From positions 92,424-156,423 of the forward strand of contig CDRNVI010000022.1 in NCBI GenBank assembly GCA_977017575.1: DNA of 64,000 bases. The letters run 5' to 3'. This document shows positions 31,046-43,012 of the stretch, piece by piece (positions within the stretch are counted from its first letter, which is position 1; every line of letters starts with the position of its first letter). The DNA is from Paramoeba atlantica (taxonomy: Eukaryota; Protista; Discosea). Both the position numbers and the translations under genes were made by a program. The notes under the pieces are model-generated. The model saw only the letters and a list, made by a program, of their open reading frames with translations. It did not search any database and was not told the DNA's origin.

Positions 31046-31200
31046 CTTTAACGATAAAGATACAGTTTCTGTACCTTGTTGAATTATTTTCCTTATTCCA
31101 TCTTTTTCCAGGTACGCGGTTCCTTCTATATGACCGTCGAAGAGGAGTCGACTCATAAAACAGGATCCTGGGATCAATTTGAAGGTAATGCGCACCTGAT
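31046..31200 (+). mobile_element. SL-led family A 5' stub ending the plus-strand chain
   Basis: SL exon at 31046-31081; the A sequence stops after GCGCACCTGATT. Confidence 0.85.
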
Positions 31201-31699
31201 TGAATTGCGCATCTGAAAGACAAGAAAAAAAAATTGTTTTCTTTAGTTCAGAATCTAGGCAGGGCTAGTTCCTCGGAAAAGCGTGTCACGAAGGTTTGGT
31301 CACCCTTTTTGGCATTCTATCATGACAAGCGACATTGGATAAACGCGAGAAAGGAGATCAATAGCTACGCGTGAGCGGTTTGGAGGCTGCGAGTGTTGGG
31401 GGGCTTAGCCCCTTCACATAGTATTTACTTGTTTTATTATTGATTTTAGATTCGGTACCAAGTTATTATCTTATTAGCGTGCGCATTATAGATCGTAGTA
31501 TACATGTATTCCTGTTCTATAAAAATATTGTATGTTCAGTGAAAAGAGACAGAAGTGTGTATTTCTGGAATTAGATACTTTATATTGTTTCTGCTTTATT
31601 GAATGTTCGGACGCCTCGCTGCGGATTTCTTGAAGTGAAAAACACAACACACTCCAAAGATTGTGCTGAATGACACCCACCCTAGTTTCTTAGTACCTT

Positions 31700-33229
31700 G
31701 TTATATCCGGTACCGGGCGGTGTCATTCAGTTTTCAATGCAGCAGGTGACGCACAACCTCCGGACACGAGCAAGGAATCCGGTCAATCACTTGAGCCACC
31801 TGTCAGGAACGAGGAAATAGCAGCCGCATCTGAAGGTTTGGAGGATCACTCAGCGCATGAGTTCCAGGATTGCGACTCGCCTCAGGGAGATAAACCACAA
31901 CGGGAAGGTGCTGTCCATCCGATCAGCTTTATTAACGACGAACACCCGGACGGAAGCTCAGGAGTCTTTGAGATTATGCAGAACATTGACGTCAAAACAC
32001 AATTCCCCATACCACCTGACGAAATCTGGAGACAATCCAAGCAAATAAAGGCAGGAACTTTGTGTTCGATAGTGTGGGCTTTTGCAAATCAGTAAAAGAT
32101 CAATATGGCGTGCGGTAAGGTAGTGCGAACGCATAGCAAGCGTGGAGGGATGGGGAAACTCTCAATGCAATACACGGGGATCTCAGGGTACAAAGAAGAA
32201 CAGGAATACACAGGATCTCTACCGCCCCAAGAAAACGTGAGAATCTTCCGCATTATCTGGCATCAAGCGCCACCTCCGATTGATGTTACCGTGTTACGTG
32301 ATAGTACTATCGAGAATCATCTGATCACACTGACCCCAGACGACGTACATGGGGAGGGAGTTGATCTCTTACCAATACCCACCGTTCGGAATATCAGTCC
32401 TGACCTTATTCCATGCGTCATCGCAACTTTTCGTGAAATTGTAAAGGATTACATCAGTGCCGATCACCAGCAGAGGAATATTATTTGGCATCGACTGCCG
32501 TCGGCGATGAAGCTGTCGCTTGCAGGAGTACGCCGCGCCAGTGGAAGGAGTAGGAGACAAAGACCATATCCTAAAAATAACGATGACAAGGAAGATCAGG
32601 CCGCCTTGAATGACCGGAGAGCTATCAAAAGAGCAACGCGGTTGGTTACTGAAGGGTGCGCGTCAAAAGCAGCCAGAGTATTAGATCAAGCCTTCACGCC
32701 AAGTAATCTTCCGGATGAGGAAACCTTGGACAAGTTGTTAGAATTGCATCCTCAAAAAGAATGCGACTTCAGAATCCCAGCAGACGCGCCAATAATGTCT
32801 GGGATTGAAATGGAAGAACTCCGTGCTGCTGGAAAGCTCCTGGCGAAAGGGGCCAATCAAGGTCCAACAGGGATGACGGATAGCATTGTACGGCTGCTGC
32901 TTGATGATGAACTTTGCTGCATCAATTTGTGTCACATGATATGTGATCTCATCAACGGTTTCCTGGGCAAGGACGTGATTCGTCGCATCAACCGCGCTAG
33001 GCTGGTTGCCATTCCCAAAAGTTGTGGAGGGGTTCGCCCATTCGCAATGGGTGAGGTGCTCAATAAATTGGCCGGCATAGTCCTAATGCAAAGGTATGAG
33101 CATACGCTGGCTCCGTTATTTGCACCCATGCAACAGGGCGTTTTCTCAAAAGCGGGATGTGAGAAAATAGTGCACCAACTTCGGAATCGCCACAGCAATG
33201 GATATTCCATTCTATCCGTAGACGTTAAA
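31700..33229 (+). pseudogene. Family C copy C4, 3'-truncated within RT, in-frame TAA at 32093
   Basis: Family C N-terminal domain, RLVAIPK, GVRPFAMGE; the sequence breaks at SVDVK (the D-x-K-N-A-F-N motif). Confidence 0.82.
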
Positions 33230-36225
33230 CAACCGAGTCTGACTTCGAAGAAGACAAAAGGTCCCACGCTTTCGTGTGAAGAGCTGCCGCCGCCGTATCT
33301 TCGTCGATAGGAACGCTGGTGTCGGTTGTTGCTGTTGGCACGCTGGTGTCGGTTGTTGCTGTTGGCACGCTGGTGTCGGTGTCGGACTGCAAAATGGCGT
33401 GCGTCTGGTCTCCTTGGTGTTCGACTTGAGCTGAAAGATTAATTGGGCGCTCGAAAACTGAATACCAAGAGGACTCAAAGGCTGCACACCGAATTGGGAG
33501 ACAAGACGTCAGGCCCAGCCCGCCTTTCTTAACCGGTAAACGTAACTGAGTTATCTGATCCTGAGATAGCGTTCCAAACCACGAATTCAACACCTCTTCT
33601 ACCTCGTGATCGAATAGTTTAGCTAGATTTTCGGAGACTATGGGGTGGTGTACTCTCAACTGGTAGTTCTGACGTACATTCACGCATTTGGACAACAATT
33701 GTGCCGACGTGTTGTTGATACCCATCTGCTTCAGACGTCGAAAAATTTCATAATATTTTTGCAAAGATTTCACCAGCTCTTCGCTGACCTTACTTTCTTC
33801 GCCGATGAAAGCACCCAGTACCTTTATCGTACAGTCTGCTTTTTTTACCTCTGCACTGCTGAGTTCTTGCGGCATTGGAATGTTCCCCGTCCCTCCAAAC
33901 CACATGCATTTGTTTGTTGAAACAATCAGGCTGCAGTCTTGCAATAGGGATTGGAGGCGTGTTAAAGCTTTTGTTAAAAGCTGCGGGTCGTCGGAAACAA
34001 GGTTGATATCGTCTATGTACGCGCAGATTTCAACTCCAGGAAATTCTTCAGCAAGATTTTCTAATATTGGCTGCAACAGAGCGCAAAAATAAATGGTGGA
34101 TAGCGTTGAGCCTTGACGGACGCCACTGGTGCTTTTCACTATGCCGGTCAAACGGTTTGTCTTAGCGCCGTAGAAAAGTAATTCGAAAGCTTCAGCATAC
34201 TCCGCGTGGAAAAACCTTTGAAACGGTCGGAGAGTAGCTAGTCCAAAAACATGTTTGGCGATAAGATTCCGCGACGGGGTATTGAACGCATTTTTTAGGT
34301 CGATGGCTAAGATGCACGCGCCTTTTCTGTATCGTTCATTTAAGGTGTGTACAATGCGCTCACTCCCCGATTTTGAAAGCACACCTTGCTGCATTGGTGC
34401 GAAAAGGGGTTGAATCGTGGATTCGTATCGCTGAACGAGAATGTTGCCGGCAAGCTTCATCAGCACCTCACCGATGGCCACGGGGCGGATACCACCTCCT
34501 GTTTTCTGAATCGCTACTAGACGTGATCTTGCCAAACGTTTCATCAGATCTCGCGGAAGAAAACCGTTGATTAGATCCATGAGCATGTGGAAAAGGTTTG
34601 GGCTGCACACTGGGTCATCAATAAGGAGACGCACGACGCTGTCTGTAGTGCCTGTCGGACCTGGGCTAGCTCCTCTTACTAAACGCATCCCTGCTGACCG
34701 AAGCTCAGAAGAATCCAAACCAGTAAGAAGAGGCGCATCATTTGGTAGGTTAAACTTGTATTCGTGTTGCGGATGTAAATCCTTCAGCCTATCTAGAATC
34801 TGATCATCCGACAGAGTGTTTGGGATGAATTTCTGATCAAGAGTTTTGCATGCCTTTCTCGCGCATCCTTCCATGACTAAACGCGTTGCCTTTTTTATTG
34901 CTCTTTTATCCGCTTCGTGCTCATCAGACTTGGTTGGATGATCGCCAGATGTTTCGCTGTCGGCTTCGAATGGGCGGCGGCGTCTTCGGGGATTGGAGGC
35001 TTGACGCACTATTGCTAGGGAATATTTCATCGCTGAGAGAACTTCGTGCCAGATTTTGTGCCTTTGTGGATAAGTACTGTTGATGTATTCACGCATTATT
35101 TCTCGGTAAGACGCGATTACAGCGGATATCATTTCCGGTTTTATGACGCGAGATGTTGGAATGGGCACTTAATCCAAGTCCTTTGACTTCCAACCTTCCT
35201 TCGAGTTACTCATGCTTTGCTCGGCCGACTGCCCAAACATGTATTCCCCTTGCGATTGACCGTCGTTTGGATCAATGGGCGTAGAGGCTGTACACGGGGG
35301 TGCTGCAGCATGCCATATCATCCCGTTAACCCTCACACTTTCGTGTGGCGGTAGTGTCCAAGTGAATTCCTCACCAACTTTATGCCCTACGATCCCCGAG
35401 TAGATTATGTTCAGCTTCCAAGTACCTTTCCTACGATACACGCTGGTTACTTTCCCAATTGAGATGTTGGTGTCATCTCGATTCCCGAAAGACCACGCGA
35501 CCGAACATAGCGTTCCTTTTTTGATATGTTGAGACTTCGATTGGATATCGCTTGCTTGTAGAGGAAAGCCTCGTGTAGCGAATTGGGGCGACAGTGTGTC
35601 ACACATCTCTGCCGAATTCGCATTCTCTACGAACCGAATTCTATCTAGCGCGGAGTTCAACACATTCCCCATTTCAGACAAAGTTGTACCACCAGAATTT
35701 TCGTCAGGCGCTGGAAGAGGACTGGGAAGTTCCGATTGTACGGGGTTCCCATCACTAATCGTACCGTATGACTTGTGAGGTTGCGGAGAGGAGAACACAG
35801 AATTTACCGATCGAGCTGAATGATTGGTTTGTCGCTCAGAAGCGGTAGAGTCTGTCCCCCCTGCATCCTGCAGATAGTCTTGCAGATCAGGGTTCTGACC
35901 TACGATGGACGCAATCCCGTTGTCCGTACGTTCCTCTACGAACACTTCATTTTTATTATGGAATGCAGACGCAACATTGGATAAGGGTGATGCGTTCGTG
36001 TCCTCATTAGGCCTTTCTTTCGTCTGATTCGCGTCAAAAGGCGTCATAAACGCGATGTCCGGGGCATCTGGCCTCATGTCCGGGGCATCTGGCGTTTTTG
36101 GAGTCAAGAATATGCCCGTACTCTCATCTGGCGGCGTGATAGTTCCGGTGGGCGTGTAGACTGCGGTGGGGTCCGCCTCGTCGAGCGCATCGGAGAATGG
36201 GTCGAAACTGTAAACGTCATGTAAA
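33230..36225 (-). pseudogene. Family C copy C5, lacking knuckle and REL, in-frame TAA at 35169-35171
   Basis: DLKNAFN, GVRQGSTLS, YIDD; contains a 27 bp in-frame tandem repeat (TDTSVPTAT) at about 33310-33385. Confidence 0.83.
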
Positions 36226-36670
36226 CTTGAGAAAGTAATTTTGATTACGTCTTATATCGAAAACATATGGCATTATTATCATTATTGTTGTACGTGTTAG
36301 AACATTTCCGCTATTTGAAAAGAAAAAGTTTGGTGGGTGCCGCCGACACCCAGTCGTGAGTTCTTTTAGCAAGTTAGTTTTGTTTTCTACTATGTAACAT
36401 TCTTTCGCGAATCCTAAATAGAATAGTTTATAGTATCCTTATATTTCTTACGTCACGAGTTCACCAATAACATTCTGGTTTTAAATTTGTGTTACTTCGC
36501 TTTCATTCACAATGATGCGGAATCGAAATTATTAAAAGTTTACGGATTGAAATTCAGGAGGGATTATATTTGAATAGGGTTTGTTAATAATTATGTACGT
36601 GTATGAACTGTATGCATTTTCGCGTGAAATTGATTTTATTCTTATGTGACTGTATTAGTGACTATTCTAT

Positions 36671-38125
36671 TTGGGTAAAGCTTCACTCGTTTTCGCAATT
36701 ATGACACATCAAGTTTTCGGCACCCCTGGTGCGCCGGAGCGTGGTGCTCCCGAAACTCAGACTGAACAAGTTCTCAACCTTGACCAAGTTGAGAGTTTGT
36801 TGCGCAACGGAAACGGGAGCGTTCGGATGTCTGCGACAGACAAGGAAGAGTTTGGCAAGAAGATTTTGACACTGCTCGAACGAGGTTTTAAGGTGCGGGT
36901 AGAAGCACGGTGGGCGGAGCAGCAGGATGACACGATTCAAACTGTGGTAGGAGACGTGTACCGTAGACGTGCTAGAGGCAGTAATTCCTTTGAGTTGTGG
37001 GCCTCTTGGGATGACGAGCCCGACAATGAATATGAGTTTCCTCACCCCTTGATTGATTATTTCTCACTATCGATAGTCAAGGTGTACAAAGCGATGCCTG
37101 GGGGGAAGCCACGTGATGATCAGTTGACGGCGATGCAAGAATTGCAGATTGCTGACCCGGCGAAGTTTTCCGCATTTGTTCCTCTTACTTGGGCAGCTTG
37201 GATTGAATCTCTCGACGAATTCAAAGCTCGCGAGTTGATTCGGGAACTTCGTGAGTCTCCTCAGTTGGGTGTTCGTTTTAACCCCCCTGCACATCGCGAA
37301 CGTTTGTTCGCAATTCTTGTGAAATGGATTTATGCAGCACGAGTTATGGAATTGCTCATCAGAATATAATTTTAATAAACAAATAATTAATTTGTAATCA
37401 CTAAATATAATTTATCAAATACGAGGCACCCAAATACCTGTGTTTTGAACGTTACTATAAATAAAATTATTTGATGAATATAGTACTAAAGGACGTCCTT
37501 ATCAAAACAATCTTCACCTCTCTCTCTCTTGCGAATGGGTAGTTCCCCGGCGGGGACCTAACGCAACTTTCCTTTTGCGAAAATAGAGAAAAGCTACTAG
37601 TGTAATAATAAAGTATAGTACTGTATAATTGATAATCTACAAATATACATGGTTCCCCCCAGAGGGGGCAATGTCACACTGAAATCAGATCATAATATTA
37701 AATATCATGTGCCCCGTAGGGCCACGGTCAGATCTCATACAGAATCAAAAGTATCTTCTTTGATCAATTCTTTCCGTAAACTATAAGAAGGATGGAAGGA
37801 TGAACAATTCCTGTGCATTGCGGAGATGCTGGTAGAAGAACTCAGAAACCATTACTGGGCCTCGACGGGGGCTCCTGTTGAACGTGTGCAACAGCGACTT
37901 CATAAAGACGACGATCCCAACGATCGCTACGGCCAGATTATGACTGAAGAACAACTGCGTAGTAATCGTCCTCGGGCTTCGAAAGGAAGTCGCGTGTGTT
38001 TTAATTGCCGACAGCCAGGGCACTACCGAAATCAGTGTCCGCGTCTGCATAGCGCAGGTACGAAGACGGTTTTTCGCCCGGGGGTGGCGAGCAGCGCCCA
38101 GGCAGGCGTAAGACGCACGGAATAG
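36671..38125 (+). CDS. Gag-like protein with CCHC knuckle, interrupted by the 438 bp insertion at 37349-37786
   Basis: Removing the insert rejoins YAARVM|EGWKDEQF...MLVEELRN in frame; CFNCRQPGHYRNQC knuckle. Confidence 0.83.
37349..37786. mobile_element. AT-rich TSD-less insertion, copy 2 (438 bp), class unknown
   Basis: Runs GAATTGCTCATCA to CGTAAACTATAA; shares GGACGTCC, CTTGCGA..GGGTAGT, CAACTTTCCTT and ATGTGCCCCGTAGGGCCAC with copy 1. Confidence 0.8.
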
Positions 38126-38128
38126 GAA

Positions 38129-39217
38129 ATGTGCCCCACCCCGATAATTGCTCGTGCCCGTCCGTTAAGGATACGGAGGGTGAAATTACCAGGCTTATCT
38201 CCGAATTTATCTTTCTCCTTACCAAGCGATGCATTTGTTGCAAATCCGGTTCATCGAATTCAACTTCGGGGAAGAAACAACTCGTGCGGAGCGACACGCT
38301 CCGCGCCTCCGTTGGGAGCCAAACGAGCGAGGTCAGATCTGATGTGCGATCTCTTACGGATCGACTCACGAGACCCACACGGCCGAATAGTTCGGGAGGC
38401 TATCGAGCCCATGTGGGCGACCAGCACGTGGGCAACCAGAGAGAGACTCTGGGTTCGAATGAACAAATTTTGCGCGCAGTTTCACTTGTCACAAAGCGCT
38501 CTAAGTGCAGTCCAATTCGTGGACTCATTAAAGTTAGCAACTTCGACGAAACTCGCTTATGCTCGGAATCTTCAAACTCTCCTGGTACTGATGGGAAACG
38601 AAGCAACGCCATTGAAAATGTACGGGAAAGCATTGCAAGCACAAGGCGCGCTAGAACAAAAGAGGCAGATGCTTCCGATTACCCCCTTGTTGCTCCGAAT
38701 CTTAAGGAGAAATCTGTCGCCGTCAGAGAGCATGACGGTGTTACTGTGTTGGAAAACAGCGGCTCGTTGGACGGAAGCAGCAGAACTAGGTCCGGATCAA
38801 ATACTGAAAAGCATGCAAGAGGAAGTGGTAGTCTACTGGGGACGGTCGACGAAGTCCACGAGAATGAACCCTTACAGACCATATATGTATGCAATAGTGA
38901 CCGGCCCCGGGACGACCGAGCTTGCAGAATATATGGGACGCCTTCCAAGAGGGGGGAGAATGTGCTACACGGAGGTCTCCTAAATGGACAAGAAAATCCG
39001 GGAAATTTTGGGCAGTGGTTACGGCACGCATTCCATCAAAAGGGGAGCAGTAACCTTGCTATTCAACGAAGTGGCCGCGGGAAACATGTCCATCTCCGAC
39101 GTCCAAAACATGACGAAGCACCTCAGTCTAGAGAGTCTACTGAGGTACAATGCCAATCAGGTAACGACAGCGAGGGCACTCGGGACGCAACGGGTATCTG
39201 CACGACTCCCGATATGA
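38129..39217 (+). pseudogene. Tyrosine recombinase with one in-frame TAA at 38981-38983
   Basis: TAARW, HSIKRG, TKH and LLRYN motifs; the stop aligns with a Glu in copy 1. Confidence 0.85.
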
Positions 39218-41983
39218 CACCAGAATTGTTGGAGCAACTTTACTCTGAGGTGCCGTGCTTGAAGAGGCACTCATTGACTTGCGCGCGAAGATCTTCTAAA
39301 CTCGCACGCGCTAAGGACTTTAACATAGCGTTGCATGTTAAAAAAGACACACCCATATTGAAATTGGACGTAATTAAATCATGGATGAACTTGAATGCGA
39401 AACAGCGTTTTGAGGAAGTGTTGAATCAACTTTTTTACGTACCAGATGAGAAACCTGAAAAGCAGCCGACCGGAGTTAATTCTTTACCTTCCTCTGATAT
39501 CAAACTGCTATTACAAGCTGGCATTATTTCGCAAGTAACCTCTGAAGAAGTAATAGACCGTCCGACCGCCCAGTTCGTTATACCCTTTACTGTCATAGAA
39601 CAAGATGAGGAAGGTAAAGAGAGGAGACGATTTATCTCCTGGTCGCGCGCAGATAACACTCGCCTAAAGGAGTATGTGCCGAATGTACCACTGCTTCACC
39701 CGAGTAAGTATTTACACCGCGTTGATGACTGTGTGGGGGTCAAGAGGGATTTGAGATGTGGTTTTTATCAAGTGTCGGTGCCGTTGGAAGCTCGTCGTAA
39801 GTTTAGATTCATTTCCAAAGGAGCTACGTACGAAATGAATGTTCTTCCAATGGGGCATAGATGTGCCCCAGAAGTTATGCAGACCATTACATCAGCTCTT
39901 GCTGGTCTTCCAAGTGTATGCAAGGCTGAATCATCCTTTTCAAGTGCCGCGATGGACGTGTACATTGACGGGGTTCGGTTTTCTGGAACCCAGGAGGAAG
40001 CTCAGAATTATGTGCGCTTCGTTGATGAAAGATGCGCGAAAAGCGGTGGGAAGTTTAAGGAGGAAGGGTCAGAACCGGCCATCTGTTATGTGTTTAATGG
40101 AGTGTGCTACAATCATAAGACACACAAGGTCAGCCTGGGACCACGTGTTGTCCGAAAACTCAAAAACGATAAGTTTTATGAGCTCAGTTTCATTGATTTG
40201 GGGGCGGCGGTGGGGCGCCTTTTGTACTCGTCGGCGGTTCTGGGAATTATAATCCCACGCTTTCATTTTGCGATCAAGATCGCACAAAGACGTATCAATT
40301 TGCTGAACCGGTGTCCTTGGATAGGGAGGAAACCTGTTGATCTCCCACGCAAGACACGGATCATTTTGGCCCAGTGGCGAGATGAAGTAGTGCGAAACAC
40401 TCCGATTAAGGCACCCCCTCACCCGGATTTAGTATCACATAAACATCGACTATGTACGGATGCGTCAAGCAAAGGATGGTGTGGGATACTGTATTTGGAT
40501 TCAGGGGAAGTTCTTGTGACAGGAAAGCCTTGGGAACCCGGTACAAGATATGAGGTAAACAATGCGGAGGCGACTGCAGTGCGTTTAGCTATCCTGGTCT
40601 TAATAAAAACAAAGGTCTTAATAAAAACAAAGATCATCTAATCCATCCGGTTTTAGGTTGTAGTTTGTTTGCTCGTTGCTTTTTTTTGAGGTATTATTTA
40701 CAGATTTTTAGGGAATAATTTACCGCATGATTGTTTTGGACTTTAGGCGTTTTTGTTGCTGTTGGAATTGACGTGGACTTGCGCATATATATATACCATG
40801 TATGTATATTGCATAAAAACGAATCTCTCACTATTATTATTTTGCGGTATGTTCTTTTAGTTGCAACTTTACGCAGAGAAAATAAGCGGTCTTGACACGG
40901 GTTCTTTTTTCGAACTTTATTTTTCAATGGCTGAGGCCTCCTATGTTCTTTTAGTTGCCACTTTACGCAGAGGAAAATAAGCGGTCTTGACAAGGGTTCT
41001 TTTTGCGAACTTTATTTTTCAATGGCTGAGGCCTCCTAGCCATTGTTCTGCTGAGATGTATTGTCGTAATTGTGATACGACAGTGTAAGCTGCAAATTTC
41101 TCGATTTCTAGTTGAAAGGAATCTCGCGTGTTTTGGAAATCAAGCTCAGCCCTTTTCGCCAGGGTTTTGATTAGGTTCTTCGTTTCTTCATGCATTAACC
41201 CACAGTCTGTTACCGCTATACATCGAAAATACTCTGGTTCCAGACCTTTTTCCACTATATATTTCCGATGTTTTCGTTCCACTGCACTTTGTAAAAGAGC
41301 TCTGCTGCTTTGTTTACGATATCCACTGCAACATGTATGGACCACTGTCACGTCGTATAAAACTTCCCCTACGTCAGGCCACATTATTGCTAGATCCGGG
41401 CCTGATCTAATTCTTCTAGCGCGACATGGGTGTCTTTCTGCGGCTTCGGGTGAGATTGAACATTTGCACTTTGTACAGAAAAAGGATGAATAAAGACGAG
41501 GCTCAATGGCGCATGGCAGCCCTGCTTTGGCACACAAGTTAGATAAATACCGTACGATGTGTGAGTGTTTCCTTGTGCTATTCATTCCTGCACATCGCGA
41601 ACAGCCGGCCACATGTGGAATAATATTGCTCGGTGATTAAATGGTTCCACATCCTGGGCACGAAACGGCTTCTGGGGCATTCTCCAGTCTTATCGCTAGA
41701 CGCATCGTGAGGGTTTGCTTAATATTATTCGTGAGGATACGCATCGTGAGGGTTTGCTATCCTCGAATTTAGTAAGCATCTCAAGCGCGGAACATGTCTT
41801 GATCTTTTCGTTGACAATACTTCGTGCAAAGAAGCACTCAACCGGAAAATGTCAAAGTCAGACAATATTGCAAAAAATCTTTTGGTAGTTCTGGAGGAAG
41901 CGAAGCGTAAAGGGATTTGCATTAAAGCGAGCTATGTCGCATCTTCTCAAAATCCAGCGGATCCGATTAGTAGGGCATTTTGA
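39214..41983 (+). CDS. RT + RNase H, split by family C insertion at 40596-41755
   Basis: KRDLRCGFYQV, YIDG, LCTDAS. It resumes at 41764 (AI|LEFSKH...FVDNTS...NPADPISRAF*), a part not shown in the ORF track. Confidence 0.87.
40596..41755 (-). mobile_element. Family C copy C6, 5'-truncated (REL fragment to 41019)
   Basis: 8 bp TSD GCTATCCT at 40588-40595 and 41756-41763; GPDLAIMW...YDVTVVH; about 94 bp tandem duplication at 40850-41038. Confidence 0.88.
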
Positions 41984-42510
41984 GTGATAAATCACATACT
42001 TATTAGTAAATAAATTGGCTAACTCACCATACGCATAAATAATTTAGATTCATATTCTAGTAGTTTCATTGAATTTTAGTGGTACTATGGAGGACTGGTC
42101 AGCCTTCGAGTGCTCTTTTGTATTATGAATACAAAATAAAAAAAACTTTTTACATAGAATCATCAAAAAAATAAAAAGAAAAACTTATTTATATAGAATC
42201 ATCAGAAAAAAAGAGGGCGGACGAGCCAGTCGGTAGCGAGTAAGTGGGTTACTGACACGTGCTCGGGTATGAATTACGCGACGTGACGTGTGCTCGGGTT
42301 GGTTGGCTGCGAGCTGAGGGGATGGGTCTTCCCGTTCACAAGTTACTTTGATTATGGAATTCCGGAATATTGTTTCAAACTGTGCTGATGTGATGAGACT
42401 TGTACGCAATCTTTGAGAAACTGATCTACATGTATGACGATTTCAATGAAATTTCGTTATGTTCTATTTCCAGTTATATTTCTTCTTAATATATCTTTTC
42501 ATATTCTTTG

Positions 42511-42564
42511 TAAGACCTTTCCTTATTGTAAGACCTTTCCTTATTGTAAGACCTTTCCTTATTG
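42511..42564 (+). repeat. 3 x 18 bp tandem repeat TAAGACCTTTCCTTATTG followed by an A-run
   Basis: Read directly. Confidence 0.9.
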
Positions 42565-43012
42565 TAAAAAAAAATTTTGTTAATGTACGTGACTTGTTGC
42601 TTGTTGTTTTTTTTCCTACTAAGTCTTACACCTTAATGCGACGAGGGGGGCTCCGCCCCATGAGAAGACGATTGGGAATGAGATGCGTTCATCGCGTGTA
42701 CCTCTCGTGTGCGTTTTCGGAAACTATTTCGCCCAAAAAAACGAGGGGATCAGGAACTTTGAAGCGATATCAGTCGGTCTCTAGAGCGCCCGAAATCCTT
42801 TTCAGCTCGGGTCCTGCTGTTAGTCTTCAAATGTGTCTGAAAGCCTTGTTATGGTGGGTGAAGTTCTCTGAGCTATCAAAATTGAAGGGATCAACATTGG
42901 CGACAAAAAAAAAATATCGGAAAGCTCCTTTCAATGTATCCCCATCCTTTTTTTTTTTTTTTTTTTTTTTTCATATTTTGGAGCCCAAAACTAGCAATTC
43001 GATCTCCGAAAT

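Larger units (their letters stand above)
36671..41983 (+). mobile_element. VIPER/TATE-like YR retrotransposon, copy 2 (coding span; termini not defined)
   Basis: gag, YR, RT/RNase H order as in copy 1; two nested insertions. Confidence 0.87.

Noticed and set aside
37349-37365. Hammerhead ribozyme from CTGATGAG (minus strand) with GAAA at the other end of the insertion
   Set aside because: No stem II forms between the two motifs even if the ends are joined, and copy 1 has ATGATGAA instead of CTGATGA.
38981-38983. Stop-codon reassignment (Blastocrithidia-like TAA/TAG = Glu), suggested by in-frame stops at 11868, 32093, 35169, 38981 and about 41640, some aligning with Glu
   Set aside because: The stop at 35169 aligns with Leu. 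ORFs over 1000 aa contain at most one such codon. TAA, TAG and TGA all end homologous ORFs at matching C-termini. Single nonsense mutations are sufficient.
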